The notes beneath the pieces were generated by a model that was not told the origin of the DNA, searched no databases, and saw nothing but the letters and a program-made list of their open reading frames with translations. From contig OZ024748.1 in NCBI GenBank assembly GCA_964016885.1, forward strand, positions 32,550,001-32,614,000: a stretch of DNA of 64,000 nucleotides, read 5' to 3'. The first letter of the stretch is position 1. The number at the start of each line of letters is the position of its first letter. The position numbers and the translations under genes were made by a program. Of the stretch, positions 33,001 to 48,000 are shown piece after piece. This stretch comes from Eledone cirrhosa. Lineage: Eukaryota.

Positions 33001-36000
33001 ACTAAAAGTAATACTATACTTCTTAACTGGTTATATATTACAAACTGCTAAAAGTAATACTATACTTCTAAACTGGTTATATATTACACACTACTAAAAG
33101 TAATACTATACTTCTAACCTGGTTATATATTACACACTGCTAAAAGTAATACTATACTTCTAAACTGCTTATATACTACATGCTTCTAAAAGTAAAATAA
33201 TACTTCTAAACTGGTTATATATTACACACTGCTAAAAGTAATACTATACTTCTAAACTGGTTATATATTACACACTGCTAAAAGTAATACTATACTTCTA
33301 AACTGGTTATATATTACACACTGCTAAAGGTAATACTATACTTCTTAACTGGTTATATATTACACACTGCTAAAAGTAATACTATACTTCTATACAGGTT
33401 ATTTATTACACACTACTAAATGTAATACTATACTTATAAATTGGTTATATACTACATGCTTCTAAAAGTAATACTATACTTCTAAACTGGTTATATATTA
33501 CACACTGCTAAAAATAACACTATACCTCTAAACTGGTTGTATATTACATGCTGCTAAATGTAATACGATACTTCTAAACTGGTTATATATTACACACTGC
33601 TAAAAGTAATACTATACTTCTAAACTGCTTATATACTACATGCTTCTAAAAGTAGAATAATACTTCTAAACTGGTTATATATTACACACTGCTAAAAGTA
33701 ATACTATACCTCTAAACTGGTTATATATTACATGCTGCTAAAAGTAATACTACACTTCTAAACTGGTTATATATTACACACTGCTAAAAGTAATACTATA
33801 CTTCTAAACTGGTTATATATTACACACTGCTAAAGGAAATACTATACTTCTAAACTGGTTATATATTACACACTGTTAAAAGTAATACTATACTTCTAAA
33901 CTGGTTATATATTACGCACTGCTTAACGTAATACTATAACACTAAACTGGTTATATATTACACACTGCTAAAAGTAATACTATGCTTCTAAACTGGTTAT
34001 ATATTACACACTGCTAAAAGTAATACTATACTTCTAAACTGCTTATATACTACATGCTTCTAAAAGTAAAATAATACTTCTAAACTGGTTATATATTACA
34101 CACTGCGAAAAGTAATACTATACTTCTAAACTGGTTATATATTACACACTGCTAAAAGTAATACTATACCTCTAAACTGGTTATATATTACATGCTGCTA
34201 AAAGTAATACTACACTTCTAAACTGTTTATATATTACACTGCTAAAAGTAATACTATACTTCTAAACTGGTTATATATTACACACTGCTAAAGGTAATAC
34301 TATACTTCTAAACTGGTTATATATTAAACACTGTTAAAAGTAATACTATACTTCTAAACTGGTTATATATTATGCACTGCTAAACGTAATACTATAACTC
34401 TAAACTGGTTATATATTACACACTGCTAAAAGTAATACTATACTTCTAAACTGGTTATATATTACACACTACTAAAAGTAATACTATACTTCTTAACTGG
34501 TTATATATTACAAACTGCTAAAAGTAATACTATACTTCTAAACTGGTTATATATTACACACTACTAAAAGTAATACTATACTTCTAACCTGGTTATATAT
34601 TACACACTGCTAAAAGTAATACTATACTTCTAAACTGCTTATATACTACATGCTTCTAAAAGTAAAATAATACTTCTAAACTGGTTATATATTACACACT
34701 GCTAAAAGTAATACTATACTTCTAAACTGGTTATATATTACACACTGCTAAACGTAATACTATACTTCTAAACTGGTTATATATTACACACTGCTAAAGG
34801 TAATACTATACTTCTTAACTGGTTATATATTACACACTGCTAAAAGTAATACTATACTTCTATACAGGTTATTTATTACACACTACTAAATGTAATACTA
34901 TACTTATAAATTGGTTATATACTACATGCTTCTAAAAGTAATACTATACTTCTAAACTGGTTATATATTACACACTGCTAAAAATAACACTATACCTCTA
35001 AACTGGTTGTATATTACATGCTGCTAAATGTAATACGATACTTCTAAACTGGTTATATATTACACACTGCTAAAAGTAATACTATACTTCTAAACTGCTT
35101 ATATACTACATGCTTCTAAAAGTAGAATAATACTTCTAAACTGGTTATATATTACACACTGCTAAAAGTAATACTATACCTCTAAACTGGTTATATATTA
35201 CATGCTGCTAAAAGTAATACTACACTTCTAAACTGGTTATATATTACACACTGCTAAAAGTAATACTATACTTCTAAACTGGTTATATATTACACACTGC
35301 TAAAGGAAATACTATACTTCTAAACTGGTTATATATTACACACTGTTAAAAGTAATACTATACTTCTAAACTGGTTATATATTACGCACTGCTTAACGTA
35401 ATACTATAACACTAAACTGGTTATATATTACACACTGCTAAAAGTAATACTATGCTTCTAAACTGGTTATATATTACACACTGCTAAAAGTAATACTATA
35501 CTTCTAAACTGCTTATATACTACATGCTTCTAAAAGTAAAATAATACTTCTAAACTGGTTATATATTACACACTGCGAAAAGTAATACTATACTTCTAAA
35601 CTGGTTATATATTACACACTGCTAAAAGTAATACTATACCTCTAAACTGGTTATATATTACATGCTGCTAAAAGTAATACTACACTTCTAAACTGTTTAT
35701 ATATTACACTGCTAAAAGTAATACTATACTTCTAAACTGGTTATATATTACACACTGCTAAAGGTAATACTATACTTCTAAACTGGTTATATATTAAACA
35801 CTGTTAAAAGTAATACTATACTTCTAAACTGGTTATATATTATGCACTGCTAAACGTAATACTATAACTCTAAACTGGTTATATATTACACACTGCTAAA
35901 AGTAATACTATACTTCTAAACTGGTTATATATTACACACTGCTTAAAGTAATTCTATACTTCTAAACTGGTTATATATCACACACTGCTAAAAGTAATAC

Positions 36001-39000
36001 TATACTTCTAAACTGGTTATATATTACATACTGCTAAATGTAATACTATACTTCTAAACTGGTTATATACTACACACTGCTAAAAGTAATACTATACTTC
36101 TTAACTGGTTATATATTACAAACTGCTAAAAGTAATACTATACTTCTAAACTGGTTATATATTACACACTACTAAAAGTAATACTATACTTCTAAACTGG
36201 TTATATATTACACACTGCTAAAAGTAATACTATACTTCTCAACTGCTTATATACTACATGCTTCTAAAAGTAAAATAATACTTCTAAACTGGTTATATAT
36301 TACACACTGCTAAAAGTAATACTATACTCAACTGCTTATTTATTACATGCTGCTAAAAGTAATAGTACACTTCTAAACTGGTTATATAATACAGACTGCT
36401 AAAAGTAATACTATACTTCTAAACTGGTTATATATTACACACTGCTAAAGGTAATACTATACTTCTTAACTGGTTATATATTACACACTGTTAAAAGTAA
36501 TACTATACTTCTAAACTGGTTATATATTACGCACTGCTAAACGTAATTCTATAACACTAAACTGGTTATATATTACACATTGCTAAAAGTGATTCTATAC
36601 TTCTAAACTTGTTATATATTACACACTGCTAAAAGTAATACTATACCTCTAAACTGGTTATATATTACACACTGCTAAAAGTAATACTATACTTCTATAC
36701 AGGTTATTTATTACATGCTGCTAAAAGTGATACTATACATCTAAACTGGTTATATACTACATGCTTCTAAAAGTAATACTATACCTCTAACCTGGTTATA
36801 TATTACACACTGCTAAAAGTAATAATATACTTCTAAACTGGTTATATATTATACACTGCTAAAAGTAATACTATACTTCTAAACTGGTTATATATTACAC
36901 ACTGCTAAAAGTAATACTATACTTCTGGACAGGTTATATATTACACACTGTTAAAAGTAATACTTTACTTCTAAACTGTTTATATATTACGCACTGCTAA
37001 AAGTAATACTTTACTTCTAAACTGCTCATATACTACATGCTTCTAAAAGTAAAATAATACTTCTAAACTGGTTATATATTACACACTGTTAAAAGTAATA
37101 CTATACTTCTAAACTGGTTATATATTACACACTGCTAAAAGTAATACTATACTTCTGAACTTGTTATATATTACGCACTGCTAAACGTAATACTATACCT
37201 CTAAACTGGTTATATATTACACACTGCTAAAAGTAATACTATACTTCTAAGCAGGTTATATATTAAACACTGCTAAACGTAATACTATAACTCGAAACTG
37301 GTTATATATTACAAACTGCTAAATGTAATACTATACTTCTAAACTGGTAATATATTACACACTGCTAAAAGTAATACTATACTTCTAAACTAGTTATATA
37401 TTACACGCTGGTAAAAGTAATACTATACTTCTTAACTGGTTATATATTACACACTACTAAAAGTAATACTATACTTCTAAACTGGTTATATATTACACAC
37501 TGCTAAAAGTAATACTATACTTCTAAACTGGTTATATATTACACACAGCTAAAAGTAATACTATACTTCTAAACTGGTTATATATTACACACTGCTAAAG
37601 GTAATACTATACTTCTAAATTAGGTATATATTACACACTGCTAAATGTAATACTATAACTCTAAACTGGTTATATATTACACACTGCTAAATGTAATACT
37701 ATACCTCTAAACTGGTTATATATTACACACTGCTAAAAGTAATACTATACTTCTAAACTGGTTATATATTACACACAGCTAAAAGTAATACTATACTTCT
37801 AAACTGGTTATATATTACACACTGCTAAAGGTAATACTATACTTCTAAATTAGGTATATATTACACACTGCTAAATGTAATACTATAACTCTAAACTGGT
37901 TATATATTACACACTGCTAAATGTAATACTATAACTCTAAACTGGTTATATATTACACACTGCTAAATGTAATACTATACTTCTAAACTGGTTATATATT
38001 ACATGCTACTAAATGTAATACTATACTTCTAAATTGGTTATATACTACATGCTTCTAAAAGTAATACTATACTTCTAAACTGCTTATATATTACACACTG
38101 CTAAAGGTAATACTGTACTTCTAAACTGGTTATATATTACACACTGTTAAAAGTAATACTGTACTTCTAAACTGGTTATATATTACACACTGCTAAAAGA
38201 AATACTTTAACTCTAAACTGGTTATATATTACACACTGCTAAAAGTAATACTATACTTCTAAACTGGTTATAATTTACACGCTGCTAAAAGTAATACTAT
38301 ACTTCTTAACTGGTTATATATTACACGCTACTAAAAGTAATACTATACTTCTAAACTGGTTATATATTACACCCTGCTAAAAGTAATACTATACTTCTAA
38401 ACTGGTTATATATTACACACTGCTAAACGTAATACTTTAACTCTAAACTGGTTATATATTACACACTGCTAAAAGTAATACTATACTTCGAAACTGGTTA
38501 TATATTACACACTGCTAAAAGTAATACTATACTTCTATACTGGTTATATATTACATGCTGCTAAAAGTGATACTATACTTCTAAACTGGTTATATACTAC
38601 ATGCTTCTAAAAGTAATACTATACTTCGAAACTGGTTATATATTACACACTGCTAAAAGTAATACTATACTTCTATACTGGTTATATATTACATGCTGCT
38701 AAAAGTGATACTATACTTCTAAACTAGTTATATATTACACACTGCTAAAGGTAATACTATACTTCTTAACTGGTTATATATTACACACTGCTAAAAGTAA
38801 TACTATACTTCTATACAGGTTATTTATTACACACTACTAAATGTAATACTATACTTATAAATTGGTTATATACTACATGCTTCTAAAAGTAATACTATAC
38901 TTCTAAACTGGTTATATATTACACACTGCTAAAAATAACACTATACCTCTAAACTGGTTGTATATTACATGCTGCTAAATGTAATACGATACTTCTAAAC

Positions 39001-42000
39001 TGGTTATATATTACACACTGCTAAAAGTAATACTATACTTCTAAACTGCTTATATACTACATGCTTCTAAAAGTAGAATAATACTTCTAAACTGGTTATA
39101 TATTACACACTGCTAAAAGTAATACTATACCTCTAAACTGGTTATATATTACATGCTGCTAAAAGTAATACTACACTTCTAAACTGGTTATATATTACAC
39201 ACTGCTAAAAGTAATACTATACTTCTAAACTGGTTATATATTACACACTGCTAAAGGAAATACTATACTTCTAAACTGGTTATATATTACACACTGTTAA
39301 AAGTAATACTATACTTCTAAACTGGTTATATATTACGCACTGCTTAACGTAATACTATAACACTAAACTGGTTATATATTACACACTGCTAAAAGTAATA
39401 CTATGCTTCTAAACTGGTTATATATTACACACTGCTAAAAGTAATACTATACTTCTAAACTGCTTATATACTACATGCTTCTAAAAGTAAAATAATACTT
39501 CTAAACTGGTTATATATTACACACTGCGAAAAGTAATACTATACTTCTAAACTGGTTATATATTACACACTGCTAAAAGTAATACTATACCTCTAAACTG
39601 GTTATATATTACATGCTGCTAAAAGTAATACTACACTTCTAAACTGTTTATATATTACACTGCTAAAAGTAATGCTATACTTCTAAACTGGTTATATATT
39701 ACACACTGCTAAAGGTAATACTATACTTCTAAACTGGTTATATATTAAACACTGTTAAAAGTAATACTATACTTCTAAACTGGTTATATATTATGCACTG
39801 CTAAACGTAATACTATAACTCTAAACTGGTTATATATTACACACTGCTAAAAGTAATACTATACTTCTAAACTGGTTATATATTACACACTGCTTAAAGT
39901 AATTCTATACTTCTAAACTGGTTATATATCACACACTGCTAAAAGTAATACTATACTTCTAAACTGGTTATATATTACATACTGCTAAATGTAATACTAT
40001 ACTTCTAAACTGGTTATATACTACACACTGCTAAAAGTAATACTATACTTCTTAACTGGTTATATATTACAAACTGCTAAAAGTAATACTATACTTCTAA
40101 ACTGGTTATATATTACACACTACTAAAAGTAATACTATACTTCTAAACTGGTTATATATTACACACTGCTAAAAGTAATACTATACTTCTCAACTGCTTA
40201 TATACTACACACTGCTAAAGGTAATACTATACTTCTTAACTGGTTATATATTACACACTGTTAAAAGTAATACTATACTTCTAAACTGGTTATATATTAC
40301 GCACTGCTAAACGTAATTCTATAACACTAAACTGGTTATATATTACACATTGCTAAAAGTGATTCTATACTTCTAAACTTGTTATATATTACACACTGCT
40401 AAAAGTAATACTATACCTCTAAACTGGTTATATATTACACACTGCTAAAAGTAATACTATACTTCTATACAGGTTATTTATTACATGCTGCTAAAAGTGA
40501 TACTATACATCTAAACTGGTTATATACTACATGCTTCTAAAAGTAATACTATACCTCTAACCTGGTTATATATTACACACTGCTAAAAGTAATAATATAC
40601 TTCTAAACTGGTTATATATTATACACTGCTAAAAGTAATACTATACTTCTAAACTGGTTATATATTACACACTGCTAAAAGTAATACTATACTTCTGGAC
40701 AGGTTATATATTACACACTGTTAAAAGTAATACTTTACTTCTAAACTGTTTATATATTACGCACTGCTAAAAGTAATACTTTACTTCTAAACTGCTCATA
40801 TACTACATGCTTCTAAAAGTAAAATAATACTTCTAAACTGGTTATATATTACACACTGTTAAAAGTAATACTATACTTCTAAACTGGTTATATATTACAC
40901 ACTGCTAAAAGTAATACTATACTTCTGAACTTGTTATATATTACGCACTGCTAAACGTAATACTATACCTCTAAACTGGTTATATATTACACACTGCTAA
41001 AAGTAATACTATACTTCTAAGCAGGTTATATATTAAACACTGCTAAACGTAATACTATAACTCGAAACTGGTTATATATTACAAACTGCTAAATGTAATA
41101 CTATACTTCTAAACTGGTAATATATTACACACTGCTAAAAGTAATACTATACTTCTAAACTAGTTATATATTACACGCTGGTAAAAGTAATACTATACTT
41201 CTTAACTGGTTATATATTACACACTACTAAAAGTAATACTATACTTCTAAACTGGTTATATATTACACACTGCTAAAAGTAATACTATACTTCTAAACTG
41301 GTTATATATTACACACAGCTAAAAGTAATACTATACTTCTAAACTGGTTATATATTACACACTGCTAAAGGTAATACTATACTTCTAAATTAGGTATATA
41401 TTACACACTGCTAAATGTAATACTATAACTCTAAACTGGTTATATATTACACACTGCTAAATGTAATACTATACCTCTAAACTGGTTATATATTACACAC
41501 TGCTAAAAGTAATACTATACTTCTAAACTGGTTATATATTACACACAGCTAAAAGTAATACTATACTTCTAAACTGGTTATATATTACACACTGCTAAAG
41601 GTAATACTATACTTCTAAATTAGGTATATATTACACACTGCTAAATGTAATACTATAACTCTAAACTGGTTATATATTACACACTGCTAAATGTAATACT
41701 ATAACTCTAAACTGGTTATATATTACACACTGCTAAATGTAATACTATACTTCTAAACTGGTTATATATTACATGCTACTAAATGTAATACTATACTTCT
41801 AAATTGGTTATATACTACATGCTTCTAAAAGTAATACTATACTTCTAAACTGCTTATATATTACACACTGCTAAAGGTAATACTGTACTTCTAAACTGGT
41901 TATATATTACACACTGTTAAAAGTAATACTGTACTTCTAAACTGGTTATATATTACACACTGCTAAAAGAAATACTTTAACTCTAAACTGGTTATATATT

Positions 42001-45000
42001 ACACACTGCTAAAAGTAATACTATACTTCTAAACTGGTTATAATTTACACGCTGCTAAAAGTAATACTATACTTCTTAACTGGTTATATATTACACGCTA
42101 CTAAAAGTAATACTATACTTCTAAACTGGTTATATATTACACCCTGCTAAAAGTAATACTATACTTCTAAACTGGTTATATATTACACACTGCTAAACGT
42201 AATACTTTAACTCTAAACTGGTTATATATTACACACTGCTAAAAGTAATACTATACTTCGAAACTGGTTATATATTACACACTGCTAAAAGTAATACTAT
42301 ACTTCTATACTGGTTATATATTACATGCTGCTAAAAGTGATACTATACTTCTAAACTGGTTATATACTACATGCTTCTAAAAGTAATACTATACTTCGAA
42401 ACTGGTTATATATTACACACTGCTAAAAGTAATACTATACTTCTATACTGGTTATATATTACATGCTGCTAAAAGTGATACTATACTTCTAAACTAGTTA
42501 TATATTACACACTGCTAAAGGTAATACTATACTTCTTAACTGGTTATATATTACACACTGCTAAAAGTAATACTATACTTCTATACAGGTTATTTATTAC
42601 ACACTACTAAATGTAATACTATACTTATAAATTGGTTATATACTACATGCTTCTAAAAGTAATACTATACTTCTAAACTGGTTATATATTACACACTGCT
42701 AAAAATAACACTATACCTCTAAACTGGTTGTATATTACATGCTGCTAAATGTAATACGATACTTCTAAACTGGTTATATATTACACACTGCTAAAAGTAA
42801 TACTATACTTCTAAACTGCTTATATACTACATGCTTCTAAAAGTAGAATAATACTTCTAAACTGGTTATATATTACACACTGCTAAAAGTAATACTATAC
42901 CTCTAAACTGGTTATATATTACATGCTGCTAAAAGTAATACTACACTTCTAAACTGGTTATATATTACACACTGCTAAAAGTAATACTATACTTCTAAAC
43001 TGGTTATATATTACACACTGCTAAAGGAAATACTATACTTCTAAACTGGTTATATATTACACACTGTTAAAAGTAATACTATACTTCTAAACTGGTTATA
43101 TATTACGCACTGCTTAACGTAATACTATAACACTAAACTGGTTATATATTACACACTGCTAAAAGTAATACTATGCTTCTAAACTGGTTATATATTACAC
43201 ACTGCTAAAAGTAATACTATACTTCTAAACTGCTTATATACTACATGCTTCTAAAAGTAAAATAATACTTCTAAACTGGTTATATATTACACACTGCGAA
43301 AAGTAATACTATACTTCTAAACTGGTTATATATTACACACTGCTAAAAGTAATACTATACCTCTAAACTGGTTATATATTACATGCTGCTAAAAGTAATA
43401 CTACACTTCTAAACTGTTTATATATTACACTGCTAAAAGTAATGCTATACTTCTAAACTGGTTATATATTACACACTGCTAAAGGTAATACTATACTTCT
43501 AAACTGGTTATATATTAAACACTGTTAAAAGTAATACTATACTTCTAAACTGGTTATATATTATGCACTGCTAAACGTAATACTATAACTCTAAACTGGT
43601 TATATATTACACACTGCTAAAAGTAATACTATACTTCTAAACTGGTTATATATTACACACTGCTTAAAGTAATTCTATACTTCTAAACTGGTTATATATC
43701 ACACACTGCTAAAAGTAATACTATACTTCTAAACTGGTTATATATTACATACTGCTAAATGTAATACTATACTTCTAAACTGGTTATATACTACACACTG
43801 CTAAAAGTAATACTATACTTCTTAACTGGTTATATATTACAAACTGCTAAAAGTAATACTATACTTCTAAACTGGTTATATATTACACACTACTAAAAGT
43901 AATACTATACTTCTAAACTGGTTATATATTACACACTGCTAAAAGTAATACTATACTTCTCAACTGCTTATATACTACATGCTTCTAAAAGTAAAATAAT
44001 ACTTCTAAACTGGTTATATATTACACACTGCTAAAAGTAATACTATACTCAACTGCTTATTTATTACATGCTGCTAAAAGTAATAGTACACTTCTAAACT
44101 GGTTATATAATACAGACTGCTAAAAGTAATACTATACTTCTAAACTGGTTATATATTACACACTGCTAAAGGTAATACTATACTTCTTAACTGGTTATAT
44201 ATTACACACTGTTAAAAGTAATACTATACTTCTAAACTGGTTATATATTACGCACTGCTAAACGTAATTCTATAACACTAAACTGGTTATATATTACACA
44301 TTGCTAAAAGTGATTCTATACTTCTAAACTTGTTATATATTACACACTGCTAAAAGTAATACTATACCTCTAAACTGGTTATATATTACACACTGCTAAA
44401 AGTAATACTATACTTCTATACAGGTTATTTATTACATGCTGCTAAAAGTGATACTATACATCTAAACTGGTTATATACTACATGCTTCTAAAAGTAATAC
44501 TATACCTCTAACCTGGTTATATATTACACACTGCTAAAAGTAATAATATACTTCTAAACTGGTTATATATTATACACTGCTAAAAGTAATACTATACTTC
44601 TAAACTGGTTATATATTACACACTGCTAAAAGTAATACTATACTTCTGGACAGGTTATATATTACACACTGTTAAAAGTAATACTTTACTTCTAAACTGT
44701 TTATATATTACGCACTGCTAAAAGTAATACTTTACTTCTAAACTGCTCATATACTACATGCTTCTAAAAGTAAAATAATACTTCTAAACTGGTTATATAT
44801 TACACACTGTTAAAAGTAATACTATACTTCTAAACTGGTTATATATTACACACTGCTAAAAGTAATACTATACTTCTGAACTTGTTATATATTACGCACT
44901 GCTAAACGTAATACTATACCTCTAAACTGGTTATATATTACACACTGCTAAAAGTAATACTATACTTCTAAGCAGGTTATATATTAAACACTGCTAAACG

Positions 45001-48000
45001 TAATACTATAACTCGAAACTGGTTATATATTACAAACTGCTAAATGTAATACTATACTTCTAAACTGGTAATATATTACACACTGCTAAAAGTAATACTA
45101 TACTTCTAAACTAGTTATATATTACACGCTGGTAAAAGTAATACTATACTTCTTAACTGGTTATATATTACACACTACTAAAAGTAATACTATACTTCTA
45201 AACTGGTTATATATTACACACTGCTAAAAGTAATACTATACTTCTAAACTGGTTATATATTACACACAGCTAAAAGTAATACTATACTTCTAAACTGGTT
45301 ATATATTACACACTGCTAAAGGTAATACTATACTTCTAAATTAGGTATATATTACACACTGCTAAATGTAATACTATAACTCTAAACTGGTTATATATTA
45401 CACACTGCTAAATGTAATACTATACCTCTAAACTGGTTATATATTACACACTGCTAAAAGTAATACTATACTTCTAAACTGGTTATATATTACATGCTAC
45501 TAAATGTAATACTATACTTCTAAATTGGTTATATACTACATGCTTCTAAAAGTAATACTATACTTCTAAACTGCTTATATATTACACACTGCTAAAGGTA
45601 ATACTGTACTTCTAAACTGGTTATATATTACACACTGTTAAAAGTAATACTGTACTTCTAAACTGGTTATATATTACACACTGCTAAAAGAAATACTTTA
45701 ACTCTAAACTGGTTATATATTACACACTGCTAAAAGTAATACTATACTTCTAAACTGGTTATAATTTACACGCTGCTAAAAGTAATACTATACTTCTTAA
45801 CTGGTTATATATTACACGCTACTAAAAGTAATACTATACTTCTAAACTGGTTATATATTACACCCTGCTAAAAGTAATACTATACTTCTAAACTGGTTAT
45901 ATATTACACACTGCTAAACGTAATACTTTAACTCTAAACTGGTTATATATTACACACTGCTAAAAGTAATACTATACTTCGAAACTGGTTATATATTACA
46001 CACTGCTAAAAGTAATACTATACTTCTATACTGGTTATATATTACATGCTGCTAAAAGTGATACTATACTTCTAAACTGGTTATATACTACATGCTTCTA
46101 AAAGTAATACTATACTTCTAAACTGGTTATATATTACACACTACTAAAAGTAATACTATACTTCTAGACTTGTTATATATTACATACTGCTAAAAGTAAT
46201 ACTATACTTCTAAAAGGGTTATATACTACATGCTGCTAAAAGTAATACTATACTTCTAAACTGGTTATATATTACACACTGCTAAAAGTAATACTATACT
46301 TCTAAACTGGTTATATATTTCACACTGCTAAAAGCAATACTATACCTCTAAACTGGTTATATATTAGATGCTGCTAAAAGTAATACTATACTTCTAAACT
46401 GGTTATATATTACACACTTCTAAAAGTAATACTATACTTCTAAAGTGATTATATATTACACACTGTTAAAATTAATACTATATTTCTAAACTGGTTATAT
46501 ATTACGCACTGCAAAAAGTAATACTATACTTCTGAACTGATTATTTATTACATGCCGCTTAAAGTAATACTATACTTCTAAACTGGTTATATATTACACA
46601 CTGCTAAAAGTAATACTATACTTCTGAACTTGTTATATATTACGCACTGCTAAACGTAATACTATACCTCTAAACTGGTTATATATTACACACTGCTAAA
46701 AGTAATACTATACTTCTAAGCAGGTTATATATTAAACACTGCTAAACGTAATACTATAACTCGAAACTGGTTATATATTACAAACTGCTAAATGTAATAC
46801 TATACTTCTAAACTGGTAATATATTACACACTGCTAAAAGTAATACTATACTTCTAAACTAGTTATATATTACACGCTGGTAAAAGTAATACTATACTTC
46901 TTAACTGGTTATATATTACACACTACTAAAAGTAATACTATACTTCTAAACTGGTTATATATTACACACTGCTAAAAGTAATACTATACTTCTAAACTGG
47001 TTATATATTACACACAGCTAAAAGTAATACTATACTTCTAAACTGGTTATATATTACACACTGCTAAAGGTAATACTATACTTCTAAATTAGGTATATAT
47101 TACACACTGCTAAATGTAATACTATAACTCTAAACTGGTTATATATTACACACTGCTAAATGTAATACTATACATCTAAACTGGTTATATATTACACACT
47201 GCTAAAAGTAATACTATACTTCTAAACTGGTTATATATTACATGCTACTAAATGTAATACTATACTTCTAAATTGGTTATATACTACATGCTTCTAAAAG
47301 TAATACTATACTTCTAAACTGCTTATATATTACACACTGCTAAAGGTAATACTGTACTTCTAAACTGGTTATATATTACACACTGTTAAAAGTAATACTG
47401 TACTTCTAAACTGGTTATATATTACACACTGCTAAAAGAAATACTTTAACTCTAAACTGGTTATATATTACACACTGCTAAAAGTAATACTATACTTCTA
47501 AACTGGTTATAATTTACACGCTGCTAAAAGTAATACTATACTTCTTAACTCGTTATATATTACACGCTACTAAAAGTAATACTATACTTCTAAACTGGTT
47601 ATATATTACACCCTGCTAAAAGTAATACTATACTTCTAAACTGGTTATATATTACACACTGCTAAACGTAATACTTTAACTCTAAACTGGTTATATATTA
47701 CACACTGCTAAAAGTAATACTATACTTCGAAACTGGTTATATATTACACACTGCTAAAAGTAATACTATACTTCTATACTGGTTATATATTACATGCTGC
47801 TAAAAGTGATACTATACTTCTAAACTGGTTATATACTACATGCTTCTAAAAGTAATACTATACTTCTAAACTGGTTATATATTACACACTACTAAAAGTA
47901 ATACTATACTTCTAGACTTGTTATATATTACATACTGCTAAAAGTAATACTATACTTCTAAACGGGTTATATACTACATGCTGCTAAAAGTAATACTATA

